The notes under the pieces are model-generated. The model did no database searches and was not told where the DNA came from. It saw nothing but the letters and a program-made list of their open reading frames with translations. DNA of 64,000 bases from the IMG/VR virus record IMGVR_UViG_3300029288_004944, positions 75,458-139,457 of that record; one strand, written 5' to 3'. The position numbers and the translations under genes are program-made. Shown piece after piece: positions 61,898 through 64,000 of the stretch; the first letter of the stretch is position 1; every line of letters starts with the position of its first letter. The stretch comes from a virus. Taxonomy: Duplodnaviria > Caudoviricetes.

Positions 61898-63121
61898 TTA
61901 TTTACCCCCTTTTCCATTCTTATCCTTTTTTGGTTTTGAATTTGCCATTGCTCTAAAAGGAGGAATAGAATGTCCCATACCATCTTCATTTGGAGTCATT
62001 ATATTACCTGTTGTAGATAATTCTGATTTTTCAGATAGTTTTAATTGAAATCTCCAAGTTATGCCATTTCTCGGATGAACACCAAAAACAGTTTGTTTCG
62101 GAGTATTAACTGTTTTAATTTTTCTAAAAACATAATACGAACTACCTGCAAAAGAACCATTTGCTACAACCTCAGACGTTGAAACATCAAAAGATGAACT
62201 AACATGGTAATGCCCTGCACACATAACATCCCATATTGTATTCAAAGCCATACTATAACTCTTTAAAACACGATCTAAACCATAAAAGGGGAAATTCAAA
62301 AACATTGGAACTTCATCTCCATGAATTAACAAACATTTCGTATCATATACCTTTACCCCCATAACAGGAGATTCTGACAAATGTATTTTCACATTACTTT
62401 GATTAGACAAAATAGCAGAAAGCATTTGATAAAACAAATAATCAAAAGATGAACGATGATGATTCTCTCCTGGCTTTCCCGGCCTACCATGATTTCCTTG
62501 AACACAAAATACTTCAATTAAAGGAAAAACCGTTGCCAATCTTAAAACCTTCTCAGCAACAACCCTTGATCCCTCAATAAGTTGCTTATATAAAGGCATA
62601 TCAATATGAAAAGCCTGACCAGGATATATAGTTTCACCTTCAACCATATCTCCCAACATAAACAAATCAAGTTCAGGAATATCTCTCTTTGCACTCTGAT
62701 TATCATGCAAACTTAAAATACCATCCTCCCACTTATCAAGCCGTTGTTTAAAAATTGGGAAATTATATTCTTCCATGCCTGCAACATCATCACTCTCAAC
62801 CTTTTCCCCTATCTGAGGATCAGAAAATAATCCAACCATTTTTTCAGGCAAATGCTTTGTTTTCCTTGGTTTATATTTTGGAATTTTTTGAGGAGGATAA
62901 CTTATGGCATATTTCTTAATTGTTTCCGTAAAAATAGATGACCTACTCTTCTCTTTTACAAGGGAAGCACTTAACCTATTGTTTTCACTAACCAACGTTT
63001 CAAACGATACAGCCTTATCATTCAACATTTTATTTCTTTCTTCAAGCCTTGCATTCTTTTCTCTTAAATATTTATTAATTTTCTCCAAATCAACAACGCT
63101 AACCTTTGTACCCATCTTCAA
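61898..63121 (-). CDS. calcineurin-like metallophosphoesterase with N-terminal coiled coil
   Basis: SDPQ, GDMVEG, GNHGR, HGD, GHYH. Confidence 0.88.
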   Translation of the reverse strand: MKMGTKVSVVDLEKINKYLREKNARLEERNKMLNDKAVSFETLVSENNRLSASLVKEKSRSSIFTETIKKYAISYPPQKIPKYKPRKTKHLPEKMVGLFSDPQIGEKVESDDVAGMEEYNFPIFKQRLDKWEDGILSLHDNQSAKRDIPELDLFMLGDMVEGETIYPGQAFHIDMPLYKQLIEGSRVVAEKVLRLATVFPLIEVFCVQGNHGRPGKPGENHHRSSFDYLFYQMLSAILSNQSNVKIHLSESPVMGVKVYDTKCLLIHGDEVPMFLNFPFYGLDRVLKSYSMALNTIWDVMCAGHYHVSSSFDVSTSEVVANGSFAGSSYYVFRKIKTVNTPKQTVFGVHPRNGITWRFQLKLSEKSELSTTGNIMTPNEDGMGHSIPPFRAMANSKPKKDKNGKGGK

Positions 63122-63136
63122 TTCTCCTTTAATAAA

Positions 63137-63925
63137 TTATTTTATAGCCAAACCCTGCAAATCAAACATTTTTACAAATTTATCCACACCAAGAATCTCT
63201 ATTTCATTATAACTTATATCTTTTTTAGATAACCCATGTTTATTTATAAAATTACGAACAGATCCGTTTCCCAATGAAATATTATATTGTCTTTCCACCT
63301 CACTATTTATCTGAGCATACGTCATATGTTCATTATCTCTTAATCTTAGAGCCTCTAAAAGCATATCCAAAGATAATTTACTTGGGATTTTAAATTTTCC
63401 ACCAAAACCACGTTTTCTTACAGAATCACACAATCCAATGTAATATTCTTTTTTATTATCATCTTTTCCCCATAATTTCTTACCTACATCTTTCCATGAT
63501 AATCTTTTTACAAAATGTAAAAATGATGCTCTTCTTAATTCTTTTGCACTATATTTATAATGCACAACTTGTTTTCCATATGAATAACCTTTTACACGCA
63601 ATGTATTTCGTATACCTTCGGTATTTAAAATACTACCCCCAACTTTACCACACATTTTTTCTCTCACTTGTCTCCATGGCAATCGCTTTACAAAATGCAA
63701 ATCATAAGCCTTCTTTAAAATCTTATCATCATATTTTTTAAAAGAATTCGACCACTTACGAGAATACCCCTTTCTTCCCATTGTTGATACCAAATTACCT
63801 GTATTCATTTTTTTACCATCGTTCCCCCAAATCTTTATAGCAACATTCCTCCAAGATAATCGTTTGTCATAATGTAGAAATGCTGCTCTTTCCAAAATTT
63901 TATTGCTATATCCTTCTTTTAGCAT
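63137..63925 (-). CDS. tandem HTH-repeat DNA-binding protein
   Basis: three ~60-aa repeats L..A..LH..KRL.W..V..K..G plus a fourth divergent unit. Confidence 0.7.
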   Translation of the reverse strand: MLKEGYSNKILERAAFLHYDKRLSWRNVAIKIWGNDGKKMNTGNLVSTMGRKGYSRKWSNSFKKYDDKILKKAYDLHFVKRLPWRQVREKMCGKVGGSILNTEGIRNTLRVKGYSYGKQVVHYKYSAKELRRASFLHFVKRLSWKDVGKKLWGKDDNKKEYYIGLCDSVRKRGFGGKFKIPSKLSLDMLLEALRLRDNEHMTYAQINSEVERQYNISLGNGSVRNFINKHGLSKKDISYNEIEILGVDKFVKMFDLQGLAIK

Positions 63926-64000
63926 TATTCTTTACCCCCTTTACCTTCTTATCAAATCCTGAAACAAACATGTCTTTCCCACGTGGAATAACCACGACAT

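Noticed and set aside
2784-63741. Plus-strand ORFs in the track
   Set aside because: They are antisense shadows of well-supported minus-strand genes, with no recognisable motifs.
1-64000. CRISPR array
   Set aside because: No regularly spaced direct repeats with unique spacers seen; the repeats present are coding (NUMOD3, leader) or promoters.

Overview
AT-rich, densely packed window in which essentially every credible gene is on the minus strand. The content points to the early/middle, non-structural part of a large bacteriophage or comparable large extrachromosomal element: many short orphan ORFs, three orphan DNA methyltransferases, free-standing HNH and GIY-YIG endonucleases, RecA, SSB, SNF2 helicase, SbcCD, NrdD and ClpX, with repeated consensus sigma70/sigmaA promoters. 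No capsid, terminase or other virion gene is visible, so the phage assignment is an inference. Main blocks: (1) about 0.5-20 kb, an expanded glycan pathway with 9 GT2-type glycosyltransferases, 5 SAM methyltransferases, DegT aminotransferase, GNAT, PIG-L deacetylase and NDP-sugar epimerase/dehydrogenase, plus outlying GMD/RMD-like and UGM-like genes; (2) an AAA ATPase-DUF1257-DUF2997-like trio and ClpX; (3) a dispersed deamidated NAD salvage set (pncB, nadD, nadE, Nudix); (4) recombination and nucleotide-metabolism genes, including a split, order-swapped SbcC. Most unusual: six dispersed MORN-like paralogues, plus two or three unrelated proteins, share an N-terminal leader (MDIKQDIIKRLGPDI...) that is nearly identical at DNA level in five copies; and three ~100-nt structured RNAs lie in intergenic gaps, one of them a tRNA/tmRNA-like RNA with alanine identity elements but no canonical anticodon arm. 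All family calls are by motif recognition; no database search was run.
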